Positions 32,741-46,900 of a stretch of DNA of 64,000 bases are shown here, in pieces. The translations under genes were made by a program, and so were the position numbers. Within the stretch, counting starts at the first letter, position 1, and each line of letters opens with the position of its first letter. The notes under the pieces were generated by a model. It did no database searches and was not told the origin of the DNA. It saw nothing but the letters and a program-made list of their open reading frames with translations. Source of the stretch: Eledone cirrhosa (lineage: Eukaryota); the NCBI GenBank assembly GCA_964016885.1, contig OZ024745.1:5828001-5892000 (forward strand), read 5' to 3'.

Positions 32741-35700
32741 GTGGGTTTGATTCCTGTTTTGAGGTGGTGGATGGTCTAGTGTCGTGGGTTTGATTCCTGG
32801 GTTGGGGTGGTGGGTGGTCTAGTGTCGTTGGTTTGATTCCTGGGTTGAGGTGGTGGGTGGTCTAGTGTCGTGGGTTTGTTCCTGGTTTGAGGTGGTGGAT
32901 GGTCTAGTGTCGTGGGTTTGATTCCTGGGTTGGGGTGGTGGGTGGTCTAGTGTCGTGGGGTTGATTCCTGGGTTGGGGTGGTGGGTGGTCTAGTGTCGTG
33001 GGTTTGATTCCTGGTTTGAGGTGGCTGGTGGTCTATTATCGTGGGTTTGATTCCTGGTTTGAGGTGGTGGATGGTCTAGTGTCGTGGGTTTGTTCCTGGT
33101 TTGAGGTGGTGGATGGTCTAGTGTCGTGGATTTGTTCCTGGTTTGAGGTGGTGGATGGTCTAGTGTCGTGGGTTTGTTCCTGGTTTGCGGTGGTGGATGG
33201 TCTAGTGTCGTGGGTTTGTTCCTGGTTTGAGGTGGTGGGTGCTCTAGTGTCGTGGGTTTGTTCCTGGTTTGAGGTGGTGGATAGTCTAGTGTCGTGGGTT
33301 TGTTCCTGGTTTGAGGTGGTGGATGGTCTAGTGTCGTGGGTTTGATTCCTGGGTTGGGGTGGTGGGTGGTCTAGTGTCGTGGGGTTGATTCCTGGGTTGG
33401 GGTGGTGGGTGGTCTAGTGTCGTGGGTTTGATTCCTGGTTTGAGGTGGTGGGTGGTCTATTATCGTGGGTTTGATTCCTGGTTTGAGGTGGTGGATGGTC
33501 TAGTGTCGTGGGTTTGTTCCTGGTTTGAGGTGGTGGATGGTCTAGTGTCGTGGGTTTGTTCCTGGTTTGAGGTGGTGGATGGTCTAGTGTCGTAGGTTTG
33601 TTCCTGGTTTGAGGTGGTGGATGGTCTAGTGTCGTGGGTTTGTTCCTGGTTTGAGGTGGTGGGTGGTCTAGTGTCGTGGGTTTGTTCTTGGTTTGAGGTG
33701 GTGGATAGTCTAGTGTTGTGGGTTTGTTCCTGGTTTGAGGTGGTGGATGGTCTAGTGTCGTGGGTTTGTTCCAGGGTTTGAGGTGGTGGGTGGTCTAGTG
33801 TCGTGGGTTTGTTCCTGGTTTGAGGTGGTGGGTGGTCTAGTGTCTTGGGTTTGATTCCTTGGTTGAGGTTGTGGGTGGTCTAGTGTCGTGGGTTTGATTA
33901 TGGGTTAGGGTGGTGGGTGGTCTAGTGTCGTGGGTTTGATTCCTGGTTTGAAGTGACGGGTGGTCTAGTGTCGTGGGTTTGTTCCTGGTTTGAGGTGGTG
34001 GGTGGTCTAGTGTCGTGGGTTTGTTCCTGGTTTGAGGTGGTGGGTGGTCTAGTGTCGTGGGTTTGTTCCTGGTTTGAGCTGGTGGATGGTCTAGTGTCGT
34101 GGGTTTGTTCCTGGTTTGAGGTGGTGGTTGGTCTAGTGTCGTGGGTTTGTTCCTGGTTTGAGGTGGTGGATGGTCTAGTGTCGTGTGTTTGTTCCTGGTT
34201 TGAGGTGGTGGATGGTCTAGTGTCGTGGGTTTGTTCCTGGTTTGAGGTGGTGGGTGGTCTAGTGTCGTGGGTTTTTTCCTGGTTTGAGGTGGTGGGTGGT
34301 CTAGTGTCGTGGGTTTGATTCCTGGTTTGAGGTGGTGGATGGTCTAGTGTCGTGGGTTTGATTCCTGGGTTGGGGTGGTGGGTGGTCTAGTGTCGTGGGT
34401 TTGATTCCTGGGTTGGGGTGGTGGGTGGTCTAGTGTCGTGGGTTTGTTCCTGGTTTGAGGTGGTGGATAGTCTAGTGTCGTGGGTTTGTTCCTGGTTTGA
34501 GGTGGTGGATGGTCTAGTGTCGTGGGTTTGATTCCTGGGTTGGGGTGGTGGCTGGTCTAGTGTCGTGGGTTTGTTCCTGGTTTGAGGTGGTGGGTGGTCT
34601 AGTGTCGTGGGTTTGATTCCTGGGTTGGGGTGGTGGCTGGTCTAATGTCGTGGGGTTGATTCCTGGTTTGAGGTGGTGGGTGGTCTAGTGTCGTGGGTTT
34701 GATTCCTGGGTTGGGGTGGTGGGTGGTCTAGTGTCATGGGGTTGCTTCCTAGGTCCTAGGTTGGGGTGGTGGGTGGTCTTGTGTCGTGGGGTTGATTCAT
34801 GGGTTGGGGTGGTGGGTGGTCTAGTGTCGTGGGGTTGATTCCCGGGTTGGGGTGGTGGGTGATCTAGTGTCGTTGGTTTGATTCTTGGGTTGAGGTGATG
34901 GGTGGTCTAGTGTCGTGGGTTTGATTCCTGATTTGAGGTGGTGGGTGGTCTAGTGTCGTGGGGTTGATTCCTGGTTTGAGAAGGTGGGTGGTCTAGTGTC
35001 GTGGCGTTGATTCCTGGTTTCAGGTGGTGGGTGATCTAGTGTCGTGGGTTTGATTACTGGCTTGGGGTGGTGGGTGGTCTAGTGTCGTGGGTTGGATTCC
35101 TGGGTTGGGGTGGTGGGTGGTCTAGTGTCGTGGGGTTGATTCCTGGTTTGAGGTTGTGGGTGGTCTAGTGTCGTGGGGTTGATTCCTGGGTTGGGGTGGT
35201 GGGTAGTCTAGTGTCGTGGGGTTGATTCCTGGTTTGAGGTGGTGGGTGATCTAGTGTCGTGGGTTTGATTCCTGGTTTGAGGTGGTGGGTGGTCTAGTGT
35301 CGTGGGGTTGATTCCTGGTTTGAGGTGGTGGGTGATCTAGTGTCGTGGGTTTGATTCCTATCTTGGGGTGGTGTGTGGTCTAGTGTCGTGGGTTTGATTC
35401 CTGGGTCGGGGTGGTGGGTGGTCTAGTGTCGTGGGTTTGATTCCTGGGTTGGGGTGGTGGGTGGTCTAGTGTCGTGGGTTTGATTCCTGTGTTGGGGTGG
35501 TGGGTGGTCTAGTGTCGTGGGGTTGATTCCTGGGTTGGGGTGGTGGGTGGTCTATTATCGTGGGTTTGATTCCTGGTTTGAGGTGGTGGATGGTCTAGTG
35601 TCATGGGTTTGTTCCTGGTTTGAGGTGGTGGATGGTCTAGTGTCGTGGGTTTGTTCCTGGTTTGAGGTGGTGGATGGTCTAGTGTCGTGGATTTGTTCCT

Positions 35701-38700
35701 GGTTTGAGGTGGTGGGTGGTCTAGTGTCGTGGGTTTGTTCCTGGTTTGAGATGGTGGATGGTCTAGTGTCGTGGGTTTGTTCCTGGTTTGAGGTGGTGGA
35801 TGGTCTAGTGTCGTGGGTTTGTTCCTGGTTTGACGTGGTGGATGGTCTAGTGTCGTGGGTTTGTTCCTGGTTTGAGGTGGTGGATGGTCTAGTGTCGTGG
35901 GTTTGTTCCTGGTTTGAGGTGGTGGGTGGTCTAGTGTCGTGGGTTTTTTCCTGGTTTGAGGTGGTGGGTGGTCTAGTGTCGTGGGTTTGATTCCTGGTTT
36001 GAGGTGGTGGATGGTCTAGTGTCGTGGGTTTGATTCCTGGGTTGGGGTGGTGGGTGGTCTAGTGTCGTGGGTTTGATTCCTGGGTTGGGGTGGTGGGTGG
36101 TCTAGTGTCGTGGGTTTGTTCTTGGTTTGAGGTGGTGGATAGTCTAGTGTCGTGGGTTTGTTCCTGGTTTGAGGTGGTGGATGGTCTAGTGTCGTGGGTT
36201 TGTTCCTGGGATTGAGGTGGTGGGTGGTCTAGTAACGTGGGTTTGTTCCTGGTTTGAGGTGGTGGGTGGTCTAGTGTCGTAGGTTTTTTCCTGGTTTGAG
36301 GTGGTGGATGGTCTAGTGTCGTGGGTTTGTTCCTGGTTTGAGGTGGTGGGTGGTCTAGTGTCGTGGGTTTGATTCCTGTTTTGAGGTGGTGGATGGTCTA
36401 GTGTCGTGGGTTTGATTCCTGGGTTGGGGTGGTGGGTGGTCTAGTGTCGTGGGTTTGATTCCTGGGTTGGGGTGGTGGCTGGTCTAGTGTCGTGGGTTTG
36501 TTCCTGGTTTGAGGTGGTGGGTGGTCTAGTGTCGTGGGTTTGATTCCTGGGTTGGGGTGGTGGCTGGTCTAATGTCGTGGGGTTGATTCCTGGTTTGAGG
36601 TGGTGGGTGGTCTAGTGTCGTGGGTTTGATTCCTGGGTTGGGGTGGTGGGTGGTCTAGTGTCGTGGGTTTGATTCCTGGGTTGGGTGGTGGCTGGTCTAG
36701 TGTCGTGGGTTTGTTCCTGGTTTGAGGTGGTGGGTGGTCTAGTGTCGTGGGTTTGATTCCTGGGTTGGGGTGGTGGCTGGTCTAATGTCGTGGGGTTGAT
36801 TCCTGGATTGAGGTGCTGGGTGGTCTAGTGTCGTGGGTTTGATTCCTGGGTTGGGGTGGTGGCTGGTCTAATGTCGTGGGGTTGATTCCTGGTTTGAGGT
36901 GGTGGGTGGTCTAGTGTCGTGGGTTTGATTCCTGGGTTGGGGTGGTGGGTCGTCTAGTGTCGTGGGTTTGATTCCTGGTTTGAGGTGGTGGATGGTCTAG
37001 TGTCGTGAGTTTGTTCCTGGTTTGAGGTGGTGGATGGTCAAGTGTCGTGGGTTTGTTCCTGGTTTGAGGTGGTGAATGGTCTAGTGTCGTGGGTTTGTTC
37101 CTGGTTTGAGGTGGTGGATGGTCTAGTGTCGTGGGTTTGTTCCTGGTTTGAGGTGGTGGGTGGTCTAGTGTCGTGGGTTTGTTCCTGGATTGAGGTGGTG
37201 GATGGTCTAGTGTCGTGGGTTTGTTCCTGATTTGAGGGGGTGGATGGTCTAGTGTCGTGGGTTTGTTCCTGGTTTGAGGTGGGGGATGGTCTAGTGTCGT
37301 GGGTTTGTTCCTGGTTTGAGGTGGTGGATGGTCTAGTGTCGTGGGTTTGTTCCTGGTTTGAGGTGGTGGGTGGTCTAGTGTCGTGGGTTTTTTCCTGGTT
37401 TGAGGTGGTGGGTGGTCTAGTGTCGTGGGTTTGATTCCTGGTTTGAGGTGGTGGATGGTCTAGTGTCGTGGGTTTGTTCCTGGTTTGAGGAGGTGGATAG
37501 TCTAGTGTCGTGGGTTTGTTCCTGGTTTGAGGTGGTGGATGGTCTAGTGTCGTGGGTTTGTTCCTGGTTTGAAGTGGTGGGTGGTCTAGTGTCGTGGGTT
37601 TTCTCCTGGTTTGAGCTGGTGGGTGGTCTAGTGTCGTGGGTTTGTTCCTGGTTTGAGGCGGTGGGTGGTCTAGTGTCGTGGGTTTGATTCCTGTTTTGAG
37701 GTGGTGGATGGTCTAGTGTCGTGGGTTTGATTCCTGGCTTGGGGTGGTGGGTGGTCTAGTGTCGTGGGTTTGATTCCTGGGTTGGGGTGGTGGGTGGTCT
37801 AGTGTCGTGGGTTTGATTCCTGGGTTGGGGTGGTGGGTGGTCTAGTGTCGTGGGGTTGATTCCTGGGTTGGGGTGGTGGGTGGTCTAGTGTCGTGGGTTT
37901 GATTCCTGGTTTGAGGTGGTGGGTGGTCTATTATCGTGGGTTTGATTCATGGTTTGAGGTGGTGGATGGTCTAGTGTCGTGGGTTTGTTCCTGGTTTGAG
38001 GTGGTGGATGGTCTAGTGTCGTGGGTTTGTTCCTGGTTTGAGGTGGTGGATGGTCTAGTGTCGTGGGTTTGTTCCTGTTTTGAGGTGGTGGATGGTCTAG
38101 TGTCGTGGGTTTGTTCCTGGTTTGAGGTGGTGGGTGTCTAGTGTCGTGGGTTTGTTCCTGGTTTGAGGTGGTGGATGGTCTTGTGTCGTGGGTTTGTTCC
38201 TGGTTTGAGGTGGTGGATGGTCTAGTGTCGTGGGTTTGTTCCTGGTTTGAGGTGGTGGATGGTCTAGTGTCGTGGGTTTGTTCCTGGTTTGAGGTGGTGG
38301 GTGGTCTAGTGTCGTGGGTTTTTTCCTGGTTTGAGGTGGTGGGTGGTCTAGTGTCGTGGGTTTGATTCCTGGTTTGAGGTGGTGGATGGTCTAGTGTCGT
38401 GGGTTTGATTCCTGGGTTGGGGTGGTGGGTGGTCTAGTGTCGTGGGATTGATTCCTGGGTTGGGGTGGTGGATAGTCTAGTGTCGTGGGTTTGTTCCTGG
38501 TTTGAGGTGGTGGATGGTCTAGTGTCGTGGGTTTGTTCCTTTGTTTGAGGTGGTGGGTGGTCTAGTGTCGTGGGTTTGTTCCTGGTTTGAGGTGGTGGGT
38601 GGTCTAGTGTCGTGGGTTTGATTCCTGGTTTGAGGTGGTGGATGGTCTAGTGTCGTGGGTTTGATTCCTGGGTTGGGGTGGTGGGTGGTCTAGTGTCGTG

Positions 38701-41700
38701 GGTTTGTTCCTGGTTTGAGGTGGTGGATAGTCTAGTGTCGTGGGTTTGTTCCTGGTTTGAGGTGGTGGATGGTCTAGTGTCGTGGGTTTGTTCCTGGGTT
38801 TGAGGTGGTGGGTGGTCTAGTGTCGTGGGTTTGTCCCTGGTTTGAGGTGGTGGGTGGTCTAGTGTCGTGGGTTTTTCCTGGTTTGAGGTGGTGGGTGGTC
38901 TAGTGTCGTGGGTTTGTTCCTGGTTTGAGGTGGTGGGTGGTCTAGTGTCGTGGGTTTGATTCCTGTTTTGAGGTGGTGGATGGTCTAGTGTCGTGGGTTT
39001 GATTCCTGGGTTGGGGTGGTGGGTGGTCTAGTGTCGTGGGTTTGATTCCTGGGTTGGGGTGGTGGGTGGTCTAGTGTCGTGGGTTTGTTCCTGGTTTGAG
39101 GTGGTGGATGGTCTAGTGTCGTGGGTTTGATTCCTGGGTTGGGGTGGTGGGTGGTCTAGTGTCGTGGGGTTGATTCCTGGGTTGGGGTGGTGGGTGGTCT
39201 AGTGTCGTGGGTTTGATTCCTGGTTTGAGGTGGTGGGTGGTCTATTATCGTGGGTTTGATTCCTGGTTTGAGGTGGTGGATGGTCTAGTGTCGTGGGTTT
39301 GTTCCTGGTTTGAGGTGGTGGATGGTCCAGTGTCGTGGGTTTGTTCCTGGTTTGAGGTGGTGGATGGTCAAGTGTCGTGGGTTTGTTCCTGGTTTGAGGT
39401 GGTGGATGGTCTAGTGTCGTGGGTTTGTTCCTGGTTTGAGGTGGTGGGTGGTCTAGTGTCGTGGGTTTGTTCCTGGTTTGAGGTGGTGGATAGTCTAGTG
39501 TCGTGGGTTTGTTCCTGGTTTGAGGTGGTGGATGGTCTAGTGTCGTGGGTTTGTTCCAGGGTTTGAGGTGGTGGGTGGTCTAGTGTCGTGGGTTTGTTCC
39601 TGGTTTGAGGTGGTGGGTGGTCTAGTGTCGTGGGTTTGTTCCTGGTTTGAGCTGGTGGATGGTCTAGTGTCGTGGTTTTGTTCCTGGTTTGAGGTGGTGG
39701 ATGGTCTAGTGTCGTGGGTCTGTTCCTGGTTTGAGGTGGTGGATGGTCTAGTGTCGTGGGTTTGTTCCTGGTTTGAGGTGGTGGATGGTCTAGTGTCGTG
39801 AGTTTGTTCCTAGTTTGAGGTGGTGGGTGGTCTAGTGTCGTGGTTTTTTTCTTGGTTTGAGGTGGTGGGTGGTCTAGTGTCGTGGGTTTGATTCCTGGTT
39901 TGAGGTGGTGGATGGTCTAGTGTCATGCGTTTGATTCCTGGGTTGGGGTGGTGGGTGGTCTAGTGTCGTGGGTTTGATTCCTGGGTTGGGGTGGTGGGTG
40001 GTCTAGTGTCGTGGGTTTGTTCCTGGTTTGAGGTGGTGGATGGTCTAGTGTCGTGGGTTTGATTCCTGGGTTGGGGTGGTGGGTGGTCTAGTGGCGTGGG
40101 GTTGATTCCTGGGTTGGGGTGGTGGGTGGTCTAGAGTCGTGGGTTTGATTCCTGGTTTGAGGTGGTGGGTGGTCTATTATCGTGGGTTTGATTCCTGGTT
40201 TGAGGTGGTGGATGGTCTAGTGTCGTGGGTTTGTTCCTGGTTTGAGGTGGTGGATGGTCTAGTGTCGTGGGTTTGTTCCTGGTTTGAGGTGGTGGATGGT
40301 CTAGTGTCGTGGGTTTGTTCCTGGTTTGAGGTGGTGGATGGTCTAGTGTCGTGGGTTTGTTCCAGGGTTTGAGGTGGTGGGTGGTCTAGTGTCGTGGGTT
40401 TGTTCCTGGTTTGAGGTGGTGGATGGTCTAGTGTCGTGGGTTTGTTCCAGGGTTTGAGGTGGTGGGTGGTCTAGTGTCGTGGGTTTGTTCCTGGTTTGAG
40501 GTAGTGGGTGGTCTAGTGTCGTGGGTTTGTTCCTGGTTTGAGCTGGTGGATGGTCTAGTGTCGTGGGTTTGTTCCTGGTTTGAGCTGGTGGATGGTATAG
40601 TGTCGTGGGTTTGTTCCTGGTTTGAGGTGGTGGATGGTCTAGTGTCGTGGGTTTGTTCCTGGTTTGAGGTGGTGGATGGTCTAGTGTCGTGGGTTTGTTC
40701 CTGGTTTGAGGTGGTGGGTGGTCTAGTGTCGTGGGTTTTTTCCTGGTTTGAGGTGGTGGGTGGTCTAGTGTCGTGGGTTTGATTCCTGGTTTGAGGTGGT
40801 GGATGGTCTAGTGTCGTGGGTTTGATTCCTGGGTTGGGGTGGTGGGTGGTCTAGTGTCGTGGGTTTGATTCCTGGGTTGGGTAGTGGGTGGTCTAGTGTC
40901 GTGGGTTTGTTCCTGGTTTGAGGTGGTGGATAGTCTAGTGTCGTGGGTTTGTTCCTGGTTTGAGGTGGTGGATGGTCTAGTGTCGTGGGTTTGTTCCTGG
41001 GTTTGAGGTGGTGGGTGGTCTAGTGTCGTGGGTTTGTTCCTGGTTTGAGGTGGTGGGTGGTCTAGTGTCGTGGGTTTTTTCCTGGTTTGAGGTGGTGGGT
41101 GGTCTAGTGTCGTGGGTTTGTTCCTGGTTTGAGGTGGTGGGTGGTCTAGTGTCGTGGGTTTGATTCCTGTTTTGAGGTGGTGGATGGTCTAGTGTCGTGG
41201 GTTTGATTCCTGGGTTGGGGTGCTGGGTGGTCTAGTGTCGTGGGTTTGATTCCTGGGTTGGGGTGGTGGGTTGTCTAGTGTCGTGGGTTTGTTCCTGGTT
41301 TGAGGTGGTGGGTGGTCTAGTGTCGTGGGTTTGATTCCTGGGTTGGTGTGGTGGGTGGTCTAGTGTCGTGGGTTTGATTCCTGGTTTGATGTGGTGGATG
41401 GTCTAGTGTCGTGGGTTTGATACCTGGGTTGGGGTGGTGGGTGGTCTAGTGTCGTGGGTTTGATTATGGGTTGGGGTGGTGGTTGGTCTAGTTTCGTGGG
41501 ATTGATTCTTGGGTTGGGGTGGTGGGTGGTCTAGTGTCGTGGGGTTGATTCCTGGTTTGAGGTGGTGGGTGGTCTAGTATCGTTGGTTTGATTATGGGTT
41601 GGGGTGGTGGGTGGTCTAGTGTCGTGGGTTTGATTCCTGGTTTGAGTTGGTGGGTGGTCTAGTGTCTTGGGTTTGATTCCTGGGTTGAGGTTGTGGGTGG

Positions 41701-43999
41701 TCTAGTGTCGTGGGTTTGATTATGGGTTAGGGTGGTGGGTGGTCTAGTGTCGTGGGTTTGATTCCTGGTTTGAAGTGACGGGTGGTCTAGTGTCGTGGGT
41801 TTGTTCCTGGTTTGAGGTGGTGGTTGGTCTAGTGTCGTGGGTTTGTTCCTGGTTTGAGGTGGTGGGTGGTCTAGTGTCGTGGGTTTGTTCCTGGTTTGAG
41901 CTGGTGGATGGTCTAGTGTCGTGGGTTTGTTCCTGGTTTGAGGTGGTGGATGGTCTAGTGTCGTGGGTTTGTTCCTGGTTTGAGGTGATGGATGGTCTAG
42001 TGTCGTGGGTTTGTTCCTGGTTTGAGGTGGTGGATGGTCTAGTGTCGTGGGTTTGTTCCTGGTTTGAGGTGGTGGGTGGTCTAGTGTCGTGGGTTTTTTC
42101 CTGGTTTGAGGTGGTGGGTGGTCTAGTGTCGTGGGTTTGATTCCTGGTTTGAGGTGGTGGATGGTCTAGTGTCGTGGGTTTGATTCCTGGGTTGGGGTGG
42201 TGGGTGGTCTAGTGTCGTGGGTTTGATTCCTGGGTTGGGGTGGTGGGTGGTCTAGTGTCGTGGGTTTGTTCCTGGTTTGAGGTGGTGGATAGTCTAGTGT
42301 CGTGGGTTTATTCCTGGTTTGAGGTGGTGGATGGTCTAGTGTCGTGGGTTTGTTCCTGGGTTTGAGGTGGTGGGTGGTCTAGTGTCGTGGGTTTGTTCCT
42401 GGTTTGAGGTGGTGGGTGGTCTAGTGTCGTGGGTTTTTTCCTGGTTTGAGGTGGTGGGTGGTCTAGTGTCGTGGGTTTGTTCCTGGTTTGAGGTGGTGGG
42501 TGGTCTAGTGTCGTGGGTTTGATTCCTGTTTTGAGGTGGTGGATGGTCTAGTGTCGTGGGTTTGATTCCTGGGTTGGGGTGCTGGGTGGTCTAGTGTCGT
42601 GGGTTTGATTCCTGGGTTGGGGTGGTGGCTGGTCTAGTGTCGTGGGTTTGTTCCTGGTTTGAGGTGGTGGGTGGTCTAGTGTCGTGGGTTTGATTCCTGG
42701 GTTGGGGTGGTGGCTGGTCTAATGTCGTGGGGTTGATTCCTGGTTTGAGGTGGTGGGTGGTCTAGTGTCGTGGGTTTGATTCCTGGGTTGGGGTGGTGGG
42801 TGGTCTAGTGTCGTGGGTTTGATTCCTGGTTTGAGGTGGTGGATGGTCTAGTGTCGTGGGTTTGTTCCTGGTTTGAGGTGGTGGATGGTCAAGTGTCGTG
42901 GGTTTGTTCCTGGTTTGAGGTGGTGGATGGTCTAGTGTCGTGGGTTTGTTCCTGGTTTGAGGTGGTGGATGGTCTAGTGTCGTGGGTTTGTTCCTGGTTT
43001 GAGGTGGTGGGTGGTCTAGTGTCGTGGGTTTGTTCCTGGTTTGAGGTGGTGGATGGTCTAGTGTCGTGGGTTTGTTCCTGGTTTGAGGGGGTGGATGGTC
43101 TAGTGTCGTGGGTTTGTTCCTGGTTTGAGGTGGTGGATGGTCTAGTGTCGTGGGTTTGTTCCTGGTTTGAGGTGGTGGATGGTCTAGTGTCGTGGGTTTG
43201 TTCCTTGTTTGAGGTGGTGGGTGGTCTAGTGTCGTGGGTTTTTTCCTGGTTTGAGGTGGTGGGTGGTCTAGTGTCGTGGGTTTGATTCCTGGTTTGAGGT
43301 GGTGGATGGTCTAGTGTCGTGGGTTTGTTCATGGTTTGAGCTGGTGGATGGTCTAGTGTCGTGGGTTTGTTCCTGGTTTTGAGGTGGTGGGTGGTCTAGT
43401 GTCGTGGGTTTGTTCCTGGTTTGAAGTGGTGGGTGGTCTAGTGTCGTGGGTTTTCTCCTGGTTTGAGGTGGTGGGTGGTCTAGTGACGTGGGTTTGTTCC
43501 TGGTTTGATGTGGTGGGTGGTCTAGTGTCGTGGGTTTGATTCCTGTTTTGAGGTGGTGGATGGTCTAGTGTCGTGGGTTTGATTCCTGGGTTGGGGTGGT
43601 GGGTGGTCTAGTGTCGTGGGTTTGATTCCTGGGTTGGGGTGGTGGGTGGTCTAGTGTCGTGGGTTTGTTCCTGGTTTGAGGTGGTGGGTGGTCTAGTGTC
43701 GTGGGTTTGATTCCTGGGTTGGGGTGGTGGGTGGTCTAGTGTCGTGGGTTTGATTCCTGGTTTGAGGTGGTGGGTGGTCTATTATCGTGGGTTTGATTCC
43801 TGGTTTGAGGTGGTGGATGGTCTAGTGTCGTGGGTTTGTTCCTGGTTTGAGGTGGTGGATGGTCTAGTGTCGTGGGTTTGTTCCTGGTTTGAGGTGGTGG
43901 ATGGTCCAGTGTCGTGGGTTTGTTCCTGTTTTGAGGTGGTGGATGGTCTAGTGTCGTGGGTTTGTTCCTGGTTTGAGGTGGTGGGTGGTCTAGTGTCGT

Positions 44000-46900
44000 G
44001 GGTTTGTTCCTGGTTTGAGGTGGTGGATGGTCTAGTGTCGTGGGTTTGTTCCTGGTTTGAGGTGGTGGATAGTCTAGTGTCGTGGGTTTGTTCCTGGTTT
44101 GAGGTGGTGGATGGTCTAGTGTCGTGGGTTTGTTCCTGGGTTTGAGGTGGTGGGTGGTCTAGTGTCGTGGGTTTGTTCCTGGTTTGAGGTGGTGGGTGGT
44201 CTAGTGTCGTGGGTTTTTCCTGATTTGAGGTGGTGGGTGGTCTAGTGTCGTGGGTTTGTTCCTGGTTTGAGGTAGTGGGTGGTCTAGTGTCGTGGGTTTG
44301 ATTCCTGTTTTGAGGTGGTGGATGGTCTAGTGTCGTGGGTTTGATTCCTGGGTTGGGGTGGTTGGTGGTCTAGTGTCGTGGGTTTGATTCCTGGGTTGTG
44401 GTGGTGGGTGATCTAGTCTCGTGGGTTTGTTCCTGGTTTGAGGTGGTGGATGGTCTAGTGTCGTGGGTTTGATTCCTGGGTTGGGGTGGTGGCTGGTCTA
44501 GTGTCGTGGGTTTGTTCCTGGTTTGAGGTGGTGGGTGGTCTAGTGTCTTGGGTTTGATTCCTGGGTTGGGGTGGTGGCTGGTCTAATGTCGTGGGGTTGA
44601 TTCCTGGTTTGAGGTGGTGGGTGGTCTAGTGTCGTGGGTTTGATTCCTGGGTTGGGGTGGTGGCTGGTCTAATGTCGTGGGGTTGATTCCTGGTTTGAGG
44701 TGGTGGGTGGTCTAGTGTCGTGGGTTTGATTCCTGGGTTGGGGTGGTGGGTCGTCTAGTGTCGTGGGTTTGATTCCTGGTTTGAGGTGGTGGATGGTCTA
44801 GTGTCGTGGGTTTGTTCCTGGTTTGAGGTGGTGGATGGTCTAGTGTCGTGGGTTTGTTCCTGGTTTGAGGTGGTGGATGGTCTAGTGTCCTGGGTTTGTT
44901 CCTGGTTTGAGGTGGTGGATGGTCTAGTGTCGTGGGTTTGTTCCTAGTTTGAGGTGGTGGGTGGTCTAGTGTCGTGGGTTTTTTCCTGGTTTGAGGTGGT
45001 GGGTGGTCTAGTGTCGTGGGTTTGATTCCTGGTTTGAGGTGGTGGATGGTCTAGTGTCGTGGGTTTGTTCCTGGTTAGAGGAGGTGGATAGTCTAGTGTC
45101 GTGGGTTTGTTCCTGGTTTGAGGTGGTGGATGGTCTAGTGTCGTGGGTTTGTTCCTGGGTTTGAGGTGGTGGGTGGTCTAGTGTCGTGGGTTTGTTCCTG
45201 GTTTGAAGTGGTGGGTGGTCTAGTGTCGTGGGTTTTCTCCTGGTTTGAGCTGGTGGGTGGTCTAGTGTCGTGGGTTTGTTCCTGGTTTGAGGTGGTGGGT
45301 GGTCTAGTGTCGTGGGTTTGATTCCTGTTTTGAGGTGGTGGATGGTCTAGTGTCGTGGGTTTGATTCCTGGCTTGGGGTGGTGGGTGGTCTAGTGTCGTG
45401 GGTTTGATTCCTGGGTTGGGGTGGTGGGTGGTCTAGTGTCGTGGGTTTGATTCCTGGGTTGGGGTGGTGGGTGGTCTAGTGTCGTGGGGTTGATTCCTGG
45501 GTTGGGGTGGTGGGTGGTCTAGTGTCGTGGGTTTGATTCCTGGTTTGAGGTGGTGGGTGGTCTATTATCGTGGGTTTGATTCATGGTTTGAGGTGGTGGA
45601 TGGTCTAGTGTCGTGGGTTTGTTCCTGGTTTGAGGTGGTGGATGGTCTAGTGTCGTGGGTTTGTTCCTGGTTTGAGGTGGTGGATGGTCTAGTGTCGTGG
45701 GTTTGTTCCTGTTTTGAGGTGGTGGATGGTCTAGTGTCGTGGGTTTGTTCCTGGTTTGAGGTGGTGGGTGTCTAGTGTCGTGGGTTTGTTCCTGGTTTGA
45801 GGTGGTGGATGGTCTTGTGTCGTGGGTTTGTTCCTGGTTTGAGGTGGTGGATGGTCTAGTGTCGTGGGTTTGTTCCTGGTTTGAGGTGGTGGATGGTCTA
45901 GTGTCGTGGGTTTGTTCCTGGTTTGAGGTGGTGGGTGGTCTAGTGTCGTGGGTTTTTTCCTGGTTTGAGGTGGTGGGTGGTCTAGTGTCGTGGGTTTGTT
46001 CCTGGTTTGAGGTGGTGGATAGTCTAGTGTCGTGGGTTTGTTCCTGGTTTGAGGTGGTGGATGGTCTAGTGTCGTGGGTTTGTTCCTGGGTTTGAGGTGG
46101 TGGGTGGTCTAGTGTCGTGGGTTTGTTCCTGGTTTGAGGTGGTGGGTGGTCTAGTGTCGTGGGTTTTTCCTGATTTGAGGTGGTGGGTGGTCTAGTGTCG
46201 TGGGTTTGTTCCTGGTTTGAGGTAGTGGGTGGTCTAGTGTCGTGGGTTTGATTCCTGTTTTGAGGTGGTGGATGGTCTAGTGTCGTGGGTTTGATTCCTG
46301 GGTTGGGGTGGTGGGTGGTCTAGTGTCGTGGGTTTGATTCCTGGGTTGGGGTGGTGGGTGGTCTAGTGTCGTGGGTTTGTTCCTGGTTTGAGGTGGTGGA
46401 TGGTCTAGTGTCGTGGGTTTGTTCCTGGTTTGAGGTGGTGGATAGTCTAGTGTCGTGGGTTTGTTCCTGGTTTGAGGTGGTGGATGGTCTAGTGTCGTGG
46501 GTTTGTTCCTGGGTTTCAGGTGGTGGGTGGTCTAGTGTCGTGGGTTTGTTCCTGGTTTGAGGTGGTGGGTGGTCTAGTGTCGTGGGTTTTTCCTGATTTG
46601 AGGTGGTGGGTGGTCTAGTGTCGTGGGTTTGTTCCTGGTTTGAGGTAGTGGGTGGTCTAGTGTCGTGGGTTTGATTCCTGTTTTGAGGTGGTGGATGGTC
46701 TAGTGTCGTGGGTTTGATTCCTGGGTTGGGGTTGTGGGTGGTCTAGTGTCGTGGGTTTGATTCCTGGGTTGGGGTGGTGGGTGGTCTAGTGTCGTGGGTT
46801 TGTTCCTGGTTTGAGGTGGTGGATGGTCTAGTGTCGTGGGTTTGATTCCTGGGTTGGGGTGGTGGCTGGTCTAGTGTCGTGGGTTTGTTCCTGGTTTGAG